A stretch of 64,000 nucleotides of DNA, taken from IMG/VR virus record IMGVR_UViG_3300009103_002144, positions 1-64,000 of that record. One strand, 5' to 3'. Numbering within the stretch: position 1 is the stretch's first letter; the number at the start of each line of letters is the position of its first letter. The notes under the pieces were generated by a model. The model saw only the letters and a list, made by a program, of their open reading frames with translations. It did no database searches and was not told the DNA's origin. The position numbers were made by a program, and so were the translations under genes. The stretch comes from a virus. Positions 51,515-60,860 of the stretch are shown in pieces.

Positions 51515-53359
51515 CTATCTCACTGTTACTACGATGTCTTTGTTAGGATATTTCAATTCAAAAATACTTCCAGGTGGGCCTACGACCATCTGTTGGTATG
51601 TGTTGCCATCAACACTAAATGATATGTCACTGTAAGTTCTTTCCTGAACAACGCCCGTTAAGTTTACGAGCTTAATATCGACCATCGACATTACCCCCTC
51701 ACTGTTTAGTACAGAATTGATTATATCTGCATAAGCGATAGGCATATCAATTTGCATGTTGTCTGTCTTAAGAAGTTGTGTTAATCGATTTATTATCGTC
51801 TGTGCGACCTGAGACTTATTCGAGTCAGGGTGAGCAACGATATCCACATTTACTGCAAAATTTATTATTCTTGCATCTAGAATATCATAAGCATCACTAA
51901 CCGCCCTAAACTCATTCAAATAAATCCTAAGATTTTTCTTCAATGTATCTGACGACATTTTTAACTTCTTCCGCTTATCACGAGAAACAATGAAGATCAA
52001 TGAGGCAAGAGAATTAATGGGATTGGGTCGGATACCCACTCTGTACACTCTTCCGAACTGATTAGGTAATGTGTAAACCCTAGCAATCAAGTCTTCCTTA
52101 GTAATTATTCGTGATTGCGCTGCGCGACTTGATGGGATCAATGCTCTAAGCTCGCTAATAGTCGGAGCGCGGTCGCCATCAAGAGCCGGTAAAGCATTTG
52201 AACAATCAACAGACCCTCTCACTTGAGATGCCTCAGCGGCACTGGCGGTGGATGAAAATTTTAGAAAAAGAGTCGTTATTGTCCTTATTGTCTCGGATCC
52301 GACGTTATGCTTCAGGCCGCCGCCGGCGCGATAAGTGATGGTAAGCACAGTGTTTCTTGGAGATATACCCAGGGTTTGTGTTTGAAGCATTGAGTTTGGG
52401 TCGATCGTAAAACGTGAAAACGTCGTTTTTCCATATAAGGGTAATGCCAATTCAGAGGGATCTGGAATAATGTCATTATCTAACGTCTTTGCATTTCCGG
52501 CGCCGAATCTAATAGTTGTTAATTTGGTGTTGTAATCGTAGTTCTTTATGAATCGATACGGCGCTGGTATAACTTCAAGATTATAGCCAACGCTCTCGCT
52601 GTCTTCTGAAAGATTAATTATCTTCCTAAAAACGGTATCTTGTGAAAGCGATTCTACCTCGTAATACACATTACCATCGCTATCCTTTACACTAACAATA
52701 TCTGTAACGTTTTCATCTGGAAGAGTTAACGTTCGAAATGGCTTATGGATGTTCGGTATTTTTGTCTTCCACTCTTTTCTTACACCAGACAAACATAAGC
52801 CATCTCGCATCACCACGTAATTAGTGGGAGTACCATCCTCCGCAGTTTCAACAACCACTGATTCATAAAGATAATTTCCGTCTTTGTCTTTTTCAGCAAA
52901 ATCTAAGTCTTGTAGAAGGTTGAATGGAATACCATCATTAGACGTAAAGATGGATAGGGCTCCCACTGTTGGAAGTAATGAAGATTTCGGAGTTGTTATC
53001 CCATTTACTGTTTCACCCGGAATCTGAAAATATACTTTTACCATGACAACAGAGGGAGTGGCGCCGTGAACTTTCACACCGGCATTGCGCAAATGCTTTT
53101 GGATATTTTTTACTTCAATAGCAGAAGACCAGTTAAGCTCGTTGAACTGGTGGTCCATATAAAAGGACATCGTATCGCCAACAAACGCAGCCATATCCAG
53201 TAAAAGCCCTCCAAGACTAGCTTCGGAAAAATCTTGTATCTTATCTGAGAAATATAACTTTGCATGTTGATACAAAGAATTGCGAAAAGACTCAAAGTCT
53301 TTTGCCAAGTAATTTCTTTTATTTTCATTTTTTAGACTTCGCTTTACATTTATGGCCAT
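51515..53359 (-). CDS. gp6: Baseplate wedge subunit (T4 gp6/baseplate J-like)
   Basis: NYLAKDFESFRNSL...DFSEASLGGLLLDMAAFVGD.MSFYMD; IRFGAG; AQSRIITKEDL. Confidence 0.88.
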   Translation of the reverse strand: MAINVKRSLKNENKRNYLAKDFESFRNSLYQHAKLYFSDKIQDFSEASLGGLLLDMAAFVGDTMSFYMDHQFNELNWSSAIEVKNIQKHLRNAGVKVHGATPSVVMVKVYFQIPGETVNGITTPKSSLLPTVGALSIFTSNDGIPFNLLQDLDFAEKDKDGNYLYESVVVETAEDGTPTNYVVMRDGLCLSGVRKEWKTKIPNIHKPFRTLTLPDENVTDIVSVKDSDGNVYYEVESLSQDTVFRKIINLSEDSESVGYNLEVIPAPYRFIKNYDYNTKLTTIRFGAGNAKTLDNDIIPDPSELALPLYGKTTFSRFTIDPNSMLQTQTLGISPRNTVLTITYRAGGGLKHNVGSETIRTITTLFLKFSSTASAAEASQVRGSVDCSNALPALDGDRAPTISELRALIPSSRAAQSRIITKEDLIARVYTLPNQFGRVYRVGIRPNPINSLASLIFIVSRDKRKKLKMSSDTLKKNLRIYLNEFRAVSDAYDILDARIINFAVNVDIVAHPDSNKSQVAQTIINRLTQLLKTDNMQIDMPIAYADIINSVLNSEGVMSMVDIKLVNLTGVVQERTYSDISFSVDGNTYQQMVVGPPGSIFELKYPNKDIVVTVR

Positions 53360-53362
53360 CTT

Positions 53363-53860
53363 TTATCCTGCACTGTATATTAGTATCTCCATACCTCTTT
53401 CTTTCATTCGGATGCGTGGAACACTATAGGTTAATTTTACGCCTACTTTTGCGACCTGCTTATTATCAAAAAGTTCAACTACCGGTTCGAACGTAGCTAA
53501 TGCAACAAACGGCATCCACCGATTAACTGCTAATGTTATTCTTCTCATCGCTTCATTCGCCCCGGAGTCAGACTGCATCTCGAAAGCTAATTCCATTAAA
53601 TTAGCACCAAAATGGGGAAAGCCCAACCTCTCACCATGATTTGTTAAAATCAAATTAATAAGATTATCATGTATCTGATCTGCGAAGGATGTGTTCATTT
53701 TAAGAAACCCTTCGCCTGATTCTGCAACGGTAACCGGAGTCTTAATTCCTACCGGTGGAGCAGCCGTACGACGTGCATCAATCTCAGCCTGACGTTCATA
53801 TTCAGTGCCTACAGACCTAAAATCGTATTTTTTAACGTTCGCTCTTCTAGTTACAGCCAT
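53363..53860 (-). CDS. gp25: Baseplate wedge subunit (gp25/GPW-like)
   Basis: QIHDNLINLILTNHGERLGFPHFGANL...AVNRWMPFV. Confidence 0.88.
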   Translation of the reverse strand: MAVTRRANVKKYDFRSVGTEYERQAEIDARRTAAPPVGIKTPVTVAESGEGFLKMNTSFADQIHDNLINLILTNHGERLGFPHFGANLMELAFEMQSDSGANEAMRRITLAVNRWMPFVALATFEPVVELFDNKQVAKVGVKLTYSVPRIRMKERGMEILIYSAG

Positions 53861-53876
53861 GATAAACCACCCATAC

Positions 53877-53883
53877 TAAATAT
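53877..53883 (-). promoter_or_regulatory. Putative late promoter core (ATATTTA)
   Basis: Intergenic, 16 nt upstream of gp25 start, preceded by a T-tract. Confidence 0.5.
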
Positions 53884-53927
53884 TTGCCCGCAAAAATAGT
53901 GATGAGCTAAGTCACACATAGCCGCAT

Positions 53928-54215
53928 CTATAACAGCGTGCCGGTACCCGAACCCATACCCGCTCCAGCAACTGGACACGCACCAGCGGGTGCAAGCGGC
54001 GCCGCAATACCGGCAAGTACTGTTATTACGGTCGTTTGTACAACCGCTGAGGTCGTATACGAATGTATGGCCATGCCCAAAGCATCGCCAAGAGCCTTGT
54101 TAATGTCAGATGGTGATGTACCAGACTCGGCCGCCTCTGGAATACTTTTTCTCGCGTCCTCTAAAGCTAACCAAATATCTAATTGTAATAATGGTAACGC
54201 TGCTGATAATGGCAT
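53928..54215 (-). CDS. Small baseplate-associated hypothetical protein
   Basis: 95 aa, A/G-rich C-terminus, between gp5-like and gp25 genes; AGGAGG SD. Confidence 0.55.
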   Translation of the reverse strand: MPLSAALPLLQLDIWLALEDARKSIPEAAESGTSPSDINKALGDALGMAIHSYTTSAVVQTTVITVLAGIAAPLAPAGACPVAGAGMGSGTGTLL

Positions 54216-54224
54216 AATTCCTCC

Positions 54225-56096
54225 TTATTCTCCAAAAATTCTTTCCGATTGGATGCTCGGTATTTGACCCTTCCGGGAATCCATGTTGGCTTTTAGCGCT
54301 GCGGCGGCAGAATTAATTTCTGGTGATGGTGCACCGTAACCGGGCGTAGTGTGTATTGAAAGATCGCTACAAAATGTCTGAATATCTGACATAGTGGCCG
54401 AAAGGAGCTCATATAATTGTTGGTACATAACGTATGGCTGAGAGCTTCCATCGCCAGGACCACTATTATCTGAGCCTGCACCACCGTCATCGGGGTGTCT
54501 CCCTAAAAAGATTTTCGAGCCGCTTATCTGTATTGTTCCATCTGCCAAAATGTATATACACGCCATATCTTCATCAGGGATCCCCTGCTTGATAATACGG
54601 ATAGAGCCATTGATCTCTGGGGAGCCATCCACAGGATCATCTGCCTCAAGTTTTCTAGCGATAATTCGAATCTCATCAGCTTTCGTAACAACACTAGATG
54701 GAAAATCTTTGGTTGCGCCAATAGTAAGTTCTGTGTCTTCTGGACCAATAAGCGTTGGGAGCGTTTTACCTGGATTATCTATATTGAATAAAGGGTCTGG
54801 CTCCCCGGAGTGACTAATCCAAACACGGGCAGCATCATAAGCAAAATCCGGGTCGCCCTCAGGTGGAGCATCTAATCGATTTAAGTCGGCCTGTTCATTT
54901 GCTTGAGGATTCTTATTTGTTTCAATCCACTTCTCTCTTCCTGGGCCCAGGTGCTCTGGAATCGGGGTGTTCTCTATACAGCGAGGAGCAGTCAAAATAG
55001 GCGGTAATAATTCTGTTTTAGACCTGAATCTCCAGTCATGACGACCCCTTCCAGCCACCAAATCAATAGCGCCCCAGGGATATTCTTTTCGCTCTTCTAT
55101 CTTATCTTCATCAAATGTAGCATTTGAGTAGTCGGAGTCCCATGCTAAATCAAGGCGTTCTCTGCCGATATGTCGGCCCCACCCACGTTGTTCTCCTAAA
55201 CAAATTAATGTATTATTTGATCCTTGAAGAACCATGTCACCTGGACGCTTCGTAAATCGTGGTACATGTTGACGGTGAAACTGGTCATACGCGATAGCTA
55301 CGTTTACCAGGTCTTCATACGCTAGCTCTTCCTTAAGGGTATATGCATCTTCTTTTCCAGTACCATTTGGGAATCCGAATAGCCTATCATCCATCCCATC
55401 CCCGTCTTTGTCTTCACTTTCTAAAGGACTTATTACCTGTCCTTCCTCTGTCTGCTCGGTACCAGGGTTTACAATTGATGTCCCATCATCGGGCACTTCT
55501 TCAGTTTCCTGTGCGTTTTCAGCTAACTCTTTCGATGTTGGTTGTGCCAGACTTCCAACAAGCTTCCTATCGGCATGAGTAAAGTTAATGTCATCTACAT
55601 GTGACGGCTCTGGAATTCGGCACATCCAATATCGAATTTTTGTGGGAGTATCGGGCGAATCGACTACTACCCAAACCTGCTCTCCAGGCTTTACTGGAAA
55701 ACAAAGGTGGGGCGGGAAAAATGGATAGCACAACACACCTTGTCCACCAATTGCTTCTCCCTCAGGTATAGACTCTTCATTTTCTTCCGCTTCTCTTGCC
55801 TCTTCTTCTGTGGGCTGTTCAGTGGCATCTGCTGCCTTCTTATCTGCTCCCCCCGTTACAACACGAGCGATAATCGAGTTTCTTGGTGCGGTTGCAAGCA
55901 TATCGGGCGAATCAATAAGAGCCTTCATTTCTTCAAGATCTTCTTCTGGAAATACACTCAAATCATAAAGCACTTCAACCACAACTGCTCTTGTAAAGAT
56001 CTGCGTTGGATTCGCAGTTGCATTCGCATCAGCTGGAGCTGATGCGGTTGGATTCGCTTGTTGTGCTACTGCATCTGTACCTGATCCGCGAGCCAT
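54225..56096 (-). CDS. Baseplate hub/central spike protein (gp5-like)
   Basis: OB-fold-like FPVKPGEQVWV; PGDMVLQGSNNTLICLG; KADEIRIIAR; upstream of gp25. Confidence 0.65.
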   Translation of the reverse strand: MARGSGTDAVAQQANPTASAPADANATANPTQIFTRAVVVEVLYDLSVFPEEDLEEMKALIDSPDMLATAPRNSIIARVVTGGADKKAADATEQPTEEEAREAEENEESIPEGEAIGGQGVLCYPFFPPHLCFPVKPGEQVWVVVDSPDTPTKIRYWMCRIPEPSHVDDINFTHADRKLVGSLAQPTSKELAENAQETEEVPDDGTSIVNPGTEQTEEGQVISPLESEDKDGDGMDDRLFGFPNGTGKEDAYTLKEELAYEDLVNVAIAYDQFHRQHVPRFTKRPGDMVLQGSNNTLICLGEQRGWGRHIGRERLDLAWDSDYSNATFDEDKIEERKEYPWGAIDLVAGRGRHDWRFRSKTELLPPILTAPRCIENTPIPEHLGPGREKWIETNKNPQANEQADLNRLDAPPEGDPDFAYDAARVWISHSGEPDPLFNIDNPGKTLPTLIGPEDTELTIGATKDFPSSVVTKADEIRIIARKLEADDPVDGSPEINGSIRIIKQGIPDEDMACIYILADGTIQISGSKIFLGRHPDDGGAGSDNSGPGDGSSQPYVMYQQLYELLSATMSDIQTFCSDLSIHTTPGYGAPSPEINSAAAALKANMDSRKGQIPSIQSERIFGE

Positions 56097-56467
56097 TATT
56101 CACCCTTTTGAATCTGAGAGAATAAGTCATCTGCATTTATCGCAGCATGATCGCTCTCAGACTTTGATATTAGATCCGCTAATTTTAGCAACTGATCATT
56201 TGACTTATTCATTCTCTCAAGATATTTCGTCAATGTCGATCCCAGAGTTGCATGCTCTGTTGTACCCTGACTCATTGTAGTGTAAGCTTCCACAAAAAGA
56301 ATATGTGCATTTTGTCTATCGAGCGTGGCATTCTCATAGATTTCTTTCCATAAAATCTTTTTCTTTGCATCAGCATGTTCTATCTTTGATAGCATATCAG
56401 AGAATTCTTCTATTTTTTTCTCTATACTTTCAAAATCTTTTGCAGCTTCTTCGATCTTACTACTCAT
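56096..56467 (-). CDS. Helical hypothetical protein
   Basis: 123 aa, GGAG SD, coupled to the gp5-like gene. Confidence 0.65.
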   Translation of the reverse strand: MSSKIEEAAKDFESIEKKIEEFSDMLSKIEHADAKKKILWKEIYENATLDRQNAHILFVEAYTTMSQGTTEHATLGSTLTKYLERMNKSNDQLLKLADLISKSESDHAAINADDLFSQIQKGE

Positions 56468-56476
56468 AATATCTCC

Positions 56477-57202
56477 CTACAATAAGTCTACTATCCTGTC
56501 ATCGTGAACGATTTCTTTGTAATGTTTTCTTATTTTTGACATTGAAACAGAGAGTTGTTTTGAAGTTAACCCTGATATTTCTCTAACATACACATAGATC
56601 GCTCGCTTATTCAAGAAGTCAAGATTATCGATATTCTCAAAAACGGTGCGAATCGCTTTTGCGCAAAGCACCTCGTTTGGTTTTTTAACACGACCATCTA
56701 TTTCATCAATTACGTCCATTATTCTATCACGAAGTTCAGCTTTTTCCAAAATGTCCTGTGGTGACGGAGCAACTTTGCTATTTGCAATTTTGGCTTTATC
56801 TCTAGAATTTAATATTGACAGATCGCTCATCGATACATGACGCTGATTATTTTTCTTAGCATTCCGACACCTGATTATCAACCAATTCTTTGCTACAACA
56901 TTGAAATATGAAAACGCTTTGGTACCCCTGGATGGATCCCACTTATGAATTGTCTCATATAAAAATGCGACACAGTCACCTTTCATGGATGCAGTACTTT
57001 CATAAGGGGAATTAAAGCCGTATACGTAAATAAGACTTTCCGACAATTGCTCAAAAGCAGGCATGATCTCGTGACGATATATCTTCTCTTTTTCAGACGA
57101 ATCTTCCGACTGTTGATAAGCTTCTATTGATGCCTGTGTATTTTTGTTAAAATACATGTTGCGCTTTTTGCCAGGATTTCTCCGGATCTTTCTTTTGGCC
57201 AT
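56477..57202 (-). CDS. Phage sigma factor for late transcription (gp55-like)
   Basis: Sigma region 2-like segment DCVAFLYETIHKWDPSRGTKAFSYFNVVAKNWLI; N-terminal MYFNK.TQ..I..Y; directly upstream of structural genes. Confidence 0.75.
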   Translation of the reverse strand: MAKRKIRRNPGKKRNMYFNKNTQASIEAYQQSEDSSEKEKIYRHEIMPAFEQLSESLIYVYGFNSPYESTASMKGDCVAFLYETIHKWDPSRGTKAFSYFNVVAKNWLIIRCRNAKKNNQRHVSMSDLSILNSRDKAKIANSKVAPSPQDILEKAELRDRIMDVIDEIDGRVKKPNEVLCAKAIRTVFENIDNLDFLNKRAIYVYVREISGLTSKQLSVSMSKIRKHYKEIVHDDRIVDLL

Positions 57203-57511
57203 TTATTGTTCCTCTTCTACTTCTTCAATGATGCCACCAGTCAAAAGATTTGCAACAGCCAAAATTTGGTCTCTTGACCTTTTGATATCTTTATGAACAG
57301 TCCTTATTTGAGGACTGTCATCAAAAAGCGGAATCTCCAAAACTTTAGATATAGATTCATATCTTTCATCAAGAACATCCAGACACTCCTCGACAGCATC
57401 CTCTACCTTCAAAATGGTAACACCAAACTTATATACATAAAATGCGAGTACGCATGTACTCGCAAAAAACAAGCAAGATGATATCGCTAAAAATGTCTCA
57501 AGACCTGTCAA
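57203..57511 (-). CDS. Small membrane-anchored protein
   Basis: Hydrophobic N-terminal helix (FLAISSCLFFASTCVLAFYVY) then a soluble helical domain. Confidence 0.65.
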   Translation of the reverse strand: MTGLETFLAISSCLFFASTCVLAFYVYKFGVTILKVEDAVEECLDVLDERYESISKVLEIPLFDDSPQIRTVHKDIKRSRDQILAVANLLTGGIIEEVEEEQ

Positions 57512-58676
57512 TTAAGCTCCCAAGCTTTTCATCATAAATCGAAAAAATATTCTTTAAAGAATATTTTTCTGTTATCGTCGGAGCAGCGGTTTGTGCCCAG
57601 TCAGTGGGGGGCCCAGGAGACTTCCTGAACTTGGTTAATCGAGACTTAAAATGAACCTCTTTAACATTTGCCCAATGGGCGTCTTGCATAAAAATTTGGT
57701 TATCAATCTTCTGAGGTGGGACAGGCACAAGATCATAATCTAAAGAAAGAAACTTTACTCCCTTCATAAAATCTAAATGACCCGACCAATTGGTGGCAAT
57801 AACAGGGAGACCACATACAGCGGCATCTAATATCGGTAAGCCCCATCCTTCTCCCCGAGTTGGCGCAACTAAAGCCTTTACACTTTCATGCTGATATAAC
57901 GATGAAATTTCGCTTTCATCCATCAAGCCGTGAGCAAGATAAAACCGCGGGTAAGGACCTGAACGTACTTGACTTATCAATTCTCTTAAGACCATCGTAG
58001 ACTGCTCACGATCTTTAACGCTAAGTCGTCCAGTGTTCGTCTTTACAATAATTCCAACATCCGGATCATTTGAAAATAGCTCTGACAACCACCTTATATT
58101 ATAAAATGTATTCTTTCGGTCAGTTTCAGGATCTTGTCCGGTAATCTGCCCGAATATAAGAAGGTTGAACTTAGTTGGTATCTGATCCATGTCAGAAGAT
58201 AGTTTCTCCGCCCTGGGTGTGTGACTTAAATTACATGTAAATGCTTCAGGAATTGAAGAAATCTTATCAGGAGATAATCCCGAGTCTATGAAAATTTTTC
58301 TTGTAAACTCACTTGGGACAACTATGTGGTCCATTCTATTACAAGCATCAATCCACGCAGGATTGCAGATCGTCGTTTCTACTCCTGCAGTTATTCCCAC
58401 ATTAATTCTCGCCAAAGAAGGATCCCATTCATTCGGTAGCTGAATCTGTAGAGATATATCAACAGGAGTATTTTCTGGGAACGGTGTTGTAGCCTGCATT
58501 ATACGACCTACTAAACCACTCTGGAGATCTGGATTGACGTAATACGGATTACAACCCCAGGGTAAGACGTGCGTATTAATTCTCCAACCCTTTGATTCAG
58601 CCCACTGAAAAACTTGTCGTGAGTGCTCTCCATAACCGCTAATTGAAAGAAGCGGACCCCTCAAAATAACATTCAT
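57498..58676 (-). CDS. Glycosyltransferase (GT-B fold, GT4-like)
   Basis: SGYGEHSR N-terminal loop; DRKN; RGEGWGLPILDAAVCGLPVIATNWSGHLDF. Confidence 0.88.
   Translation of the reverse strand: MNVILRGPLLSISGYGEHSRQVFQWAESKGWRINTHVLPWGCNPYYVNPDLQSGLVGRIMQATTPFPENTPVDISLQIQLPNEWDPSLARINVGITAGVETTICNPAWIDACNRMDHIVVPSEFTRKIFIDSGLSPDKISSIPEAFTCNLSHTPRAEKLSSDMDQIPTKFNLLIFGQITGQDPETDRKNTFYNIRWLSELFSNDPDVGIIVKTNTGRLSVKDREQSTMVLRELISQVRSGPYPRFYLAHGLMDESEISSLYQHESVKALVAPTRGEGWGLPILDAAVCGLPVIATNWSGHLDFMKGVKFLSLDYDLVPVPPQKIDNQIFMQDAHWANVKEVHFKSRLTKFRKSPGPPTDWAQTAAPTITEKYSLKNIFSIYDEKLGSLIDRS
57543..57568. repeat. Perfect 26-bp palindrome
   Basis: AAAAATATTCTTT|AAAGAATATTTTT is its own reverse complement. 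Confidence 0.85.
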
Positions 58677-58680
58677 ACCT

Positions 58681-59934
58681 TCATAACTCCCTTATCTCGA
58701 ATCTATTTACCATTCTTTTGCCGCTCTGCCAATCTTCAACAAGCTTTATTAGCGAATTGTGCCACAGATTGACCGTAGTCTCTAAAGCGAATTCGCTTGC
58801 CACATAATCACTCACTTTCTTACTAAGCGCTTCCTTTTCCTCTTTCGAGAGAGAATAAATCTTAAAAATCGCTTCAGCAGTGTCTTCTACAGAAACATAA
58901 TCTTCGTAAATATATGGAACATTTTGTGAGCCCACCAGCGCCTTTAGCGAAATATCTAAAGCAACACCATTTTCAGACCCGTCTCTATGATCTATAACCT
59001 GTCTAGTTAATCCACCAGTTTTTGCAGCAACAATTGGGGTTCCAGTCTGCATTGCCTCAAGCGTTCCAAGACCAAAACCTTCTGCAAATGAGATATTTAT
59101 GCAACAATCAGAAACATTATGAAGAATGTTCATCTGCTCGAACTCTATTCTTTCCCTTGAAAATGTGACTCGGTCTAGAATCCCGAACATTTTTGCAACC
59201 TCAACCAAGTTTGGTCCTTCTGCATCAAATGGGTCAGTATGCATTAGCAGCATTACTTCTTCGCGATTATCGAGTCTATCCAAAAACAATTTCCAGGCCC
59301 ATAATACATCTGCTGGGCGCTTCCTTTTTGCATTCCTGTTAACCCAAAAAGCGGTAAAGCAATTCTTGTTGTGAAACCCTAGAATCTTTTCTTTCCACTG
59401 AGCTATCTGATTTTCGGGGAGTTGGTAAAATACCTCTTTTGGTAAAGCATGCGGAATGAAGTTGGTCCGTTCCGGAAAGTTCTCTTTAACAAGTCCATAC
59501 GTCATATATGAGTGACAATTTATTAGGTCAGTTGACGCATAGTAAGAGCTGTTAAACTCTGGTGTTGGCTCATTGTCCCACACATGCCAATAAGCGATTG
59601 GGCATATTTGGTGAATTTCTTCTTCCATTTCCCAAAGCCACGTAAAAAATCGAGGATCAGTAAAGATAAACAATATATCGGGCTTTTCGGTGGCTAACGC
59701 GAGACGAAGCATATCAGGATTACCAAAGCCATCAATCGGCTTGATAATAAAGTCTGGATTTACTTGCACAACGTTATAATCATTATGCTTTAAGGCAGCT
59801 CCAAACTGCCTAAAGCTCCAGCAGCCCTTTGCAATAAGGCCCTCGATTAAAAATCTTGATTGACACCCAACCCCCGACGTGCTAAGCGCATGATCGGAAA
59901 GCATCAATATCTTATACTTCTTTTGTTCTGTCAT
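58681..59934 (-). CDS. Glycosyltransferase (GT-B fold, GT4-like)
   Basis: KILMLSDH....SGVG; NRNAKRKR; AEGFGLGTLEAMQTGTPIVAAKTGGL. Confidence 0.9.
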   Translation of the reverse strand: MTEQKKYKILMLSDHALSTSGVGCQSRFLIEGLIAKGCWSFRQFGAALKHNDYNVVQVNPDFIIKPIDGFGNPDMLRLALATEKPDILFIFTDPRFFTWLWEMEEEIHQICPIAYWHVWDNEPTPEFNSSYYASTDLINCHSYMTYGLVKENFPERTNFIPHALPKEVFYQLPENQIAQWKEKILGFHNKNCFTAFWVNRNAKRKRPADVLWAWKLFLDRLDNREEVMLLMHTDPFDAEGPNLVEVAKMFGILDRVTFSRERIEFEQMNILHNVSDCCINISFAEGFGLGTLEAMQTGTPIVAAKTGGLTRQVIDHRDGSENGVALDISLKALVGSQNVPYIYEDYVSVEDTAEAIFKIYSLSKEEKEALSKKVSDYVASEFALETTVNLWHNSLIKLVEDWQSGKRMVNRFEIREL

Positions 59935-59984
59935 CTAATCCTCATCTACGTGGATAATCATATCACAGATTATCATAAAGTATA

Positions 59985-60860
59985 TCAGCCTGGACAATGA
60001 GATGTATTCTTAAATTCGCAAAATCTACACGACTGTCTATTTTTAAGATAAATGCCCCTCCGTACGGTCTTTACCATACTTCGTAAAATCGACAGGGCAT
60101 TTTCTTCTGCCTTCGGACCAACGGAGACCTTAACTAATTCACAAGAGTCACCGGGCGTACCGCCACGCTTAAGTAATACAAACCCACACTTCACTTCTTT
60201 TATGTCTTTACCATTCTTGTTTTTCCAAAATGACTTGTATAAAGCGATCTGAGCCCAAGTTAATATATCTCTTTTCTTACTTGCGAACCACCCCTTGTCC
60301 CCAGCTGTTTTCCAATCAATAACGTAATAGTATTCTTTGCCACGAATTTTGACTTTAAGTAATGCATCGATGAAACCCTTAAAGAAGATATCATAGCCAG
60401 GAAAATATTCGTATAATTGCTCTTCAGCTGATATTACCTCATAATCGCCGAATTCTTCTGTCAAAAATAACGGCAGATCTGTCAAGGACGTATCGGCCCA
60501 CTTCAACCATGACCCTAGATAATCATGCCCTTTCGGTTTCCAACCCTGCGACTTTCGATGATCCGCTTGAGCTTGAATCCATTCCTCCGAATCAAAGCCG
60601 TGAATATCCCACTCACTTTTTATCTTCTCAAGGACTGCCTGTTTATCCATTACACCCGTCTTAAGGAAATTTTCAATACCATCATGAAGAGCAGAACCGT
60701 ACGACAGGTAGGGTGATGGCTCATCTTTTGCAACTTTATCGATATATACAAGACGATGGTGATAGGGACACTCTTTCCATAATCGAATTTCCGAAAATGA
60801 AACGTGCGGTTTTCCTGTTGGGAAACTAATATCTTCTGGACTTGGAATATTCATATTCAC
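59985..60860 (-). CDS. PD-(D/E)XK exonuclease, Cas4/RecB-like
   Basis: SFSEI..WKECPY; GFIDAL; VIDWKT; QIALY; C-terminal [12 protein letters not shown] (1+3 Cys layout). Confidence 0.85.
   Translation of the reverse strand: MNMNIPSPEDISFPTGKPHVSFSEIRLWKECPYHHRLVYIDKVAKDEPSPYLSYGSALHDGIENFLKTGVMDKQAVLEKIKSEWDIHGFDSEEWIQAQADHRKSQGWKPKGHDYLGSWLKWADTSLTDLPLFLTEEFGDYEVISAEEQLYEYFPGYDIFFKGFIDALLKVKIRGKEYYYVIDWKTAGDKGWFASKKRDILTWAQIALYKSFWKNKNGKDIKEVKCGFVLLKRGGTPGDSCELVKVSVGPKAEENALSILRSMVKTVRRGIYLKNRQSCRFCEFKNTSHCPG

Noticed and set aside
59953-59974. Fur box
   Set aside because: GATAAT half-sites are present but the spacing does not match the 19-bp (7-1-7) Fur consensus.
59985-60860. CRISPR-Cas locus suggested by the Cas4-like gene
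   Set aside because: No repeat-spacer array or other cas genes; intergenic gaps are too short.
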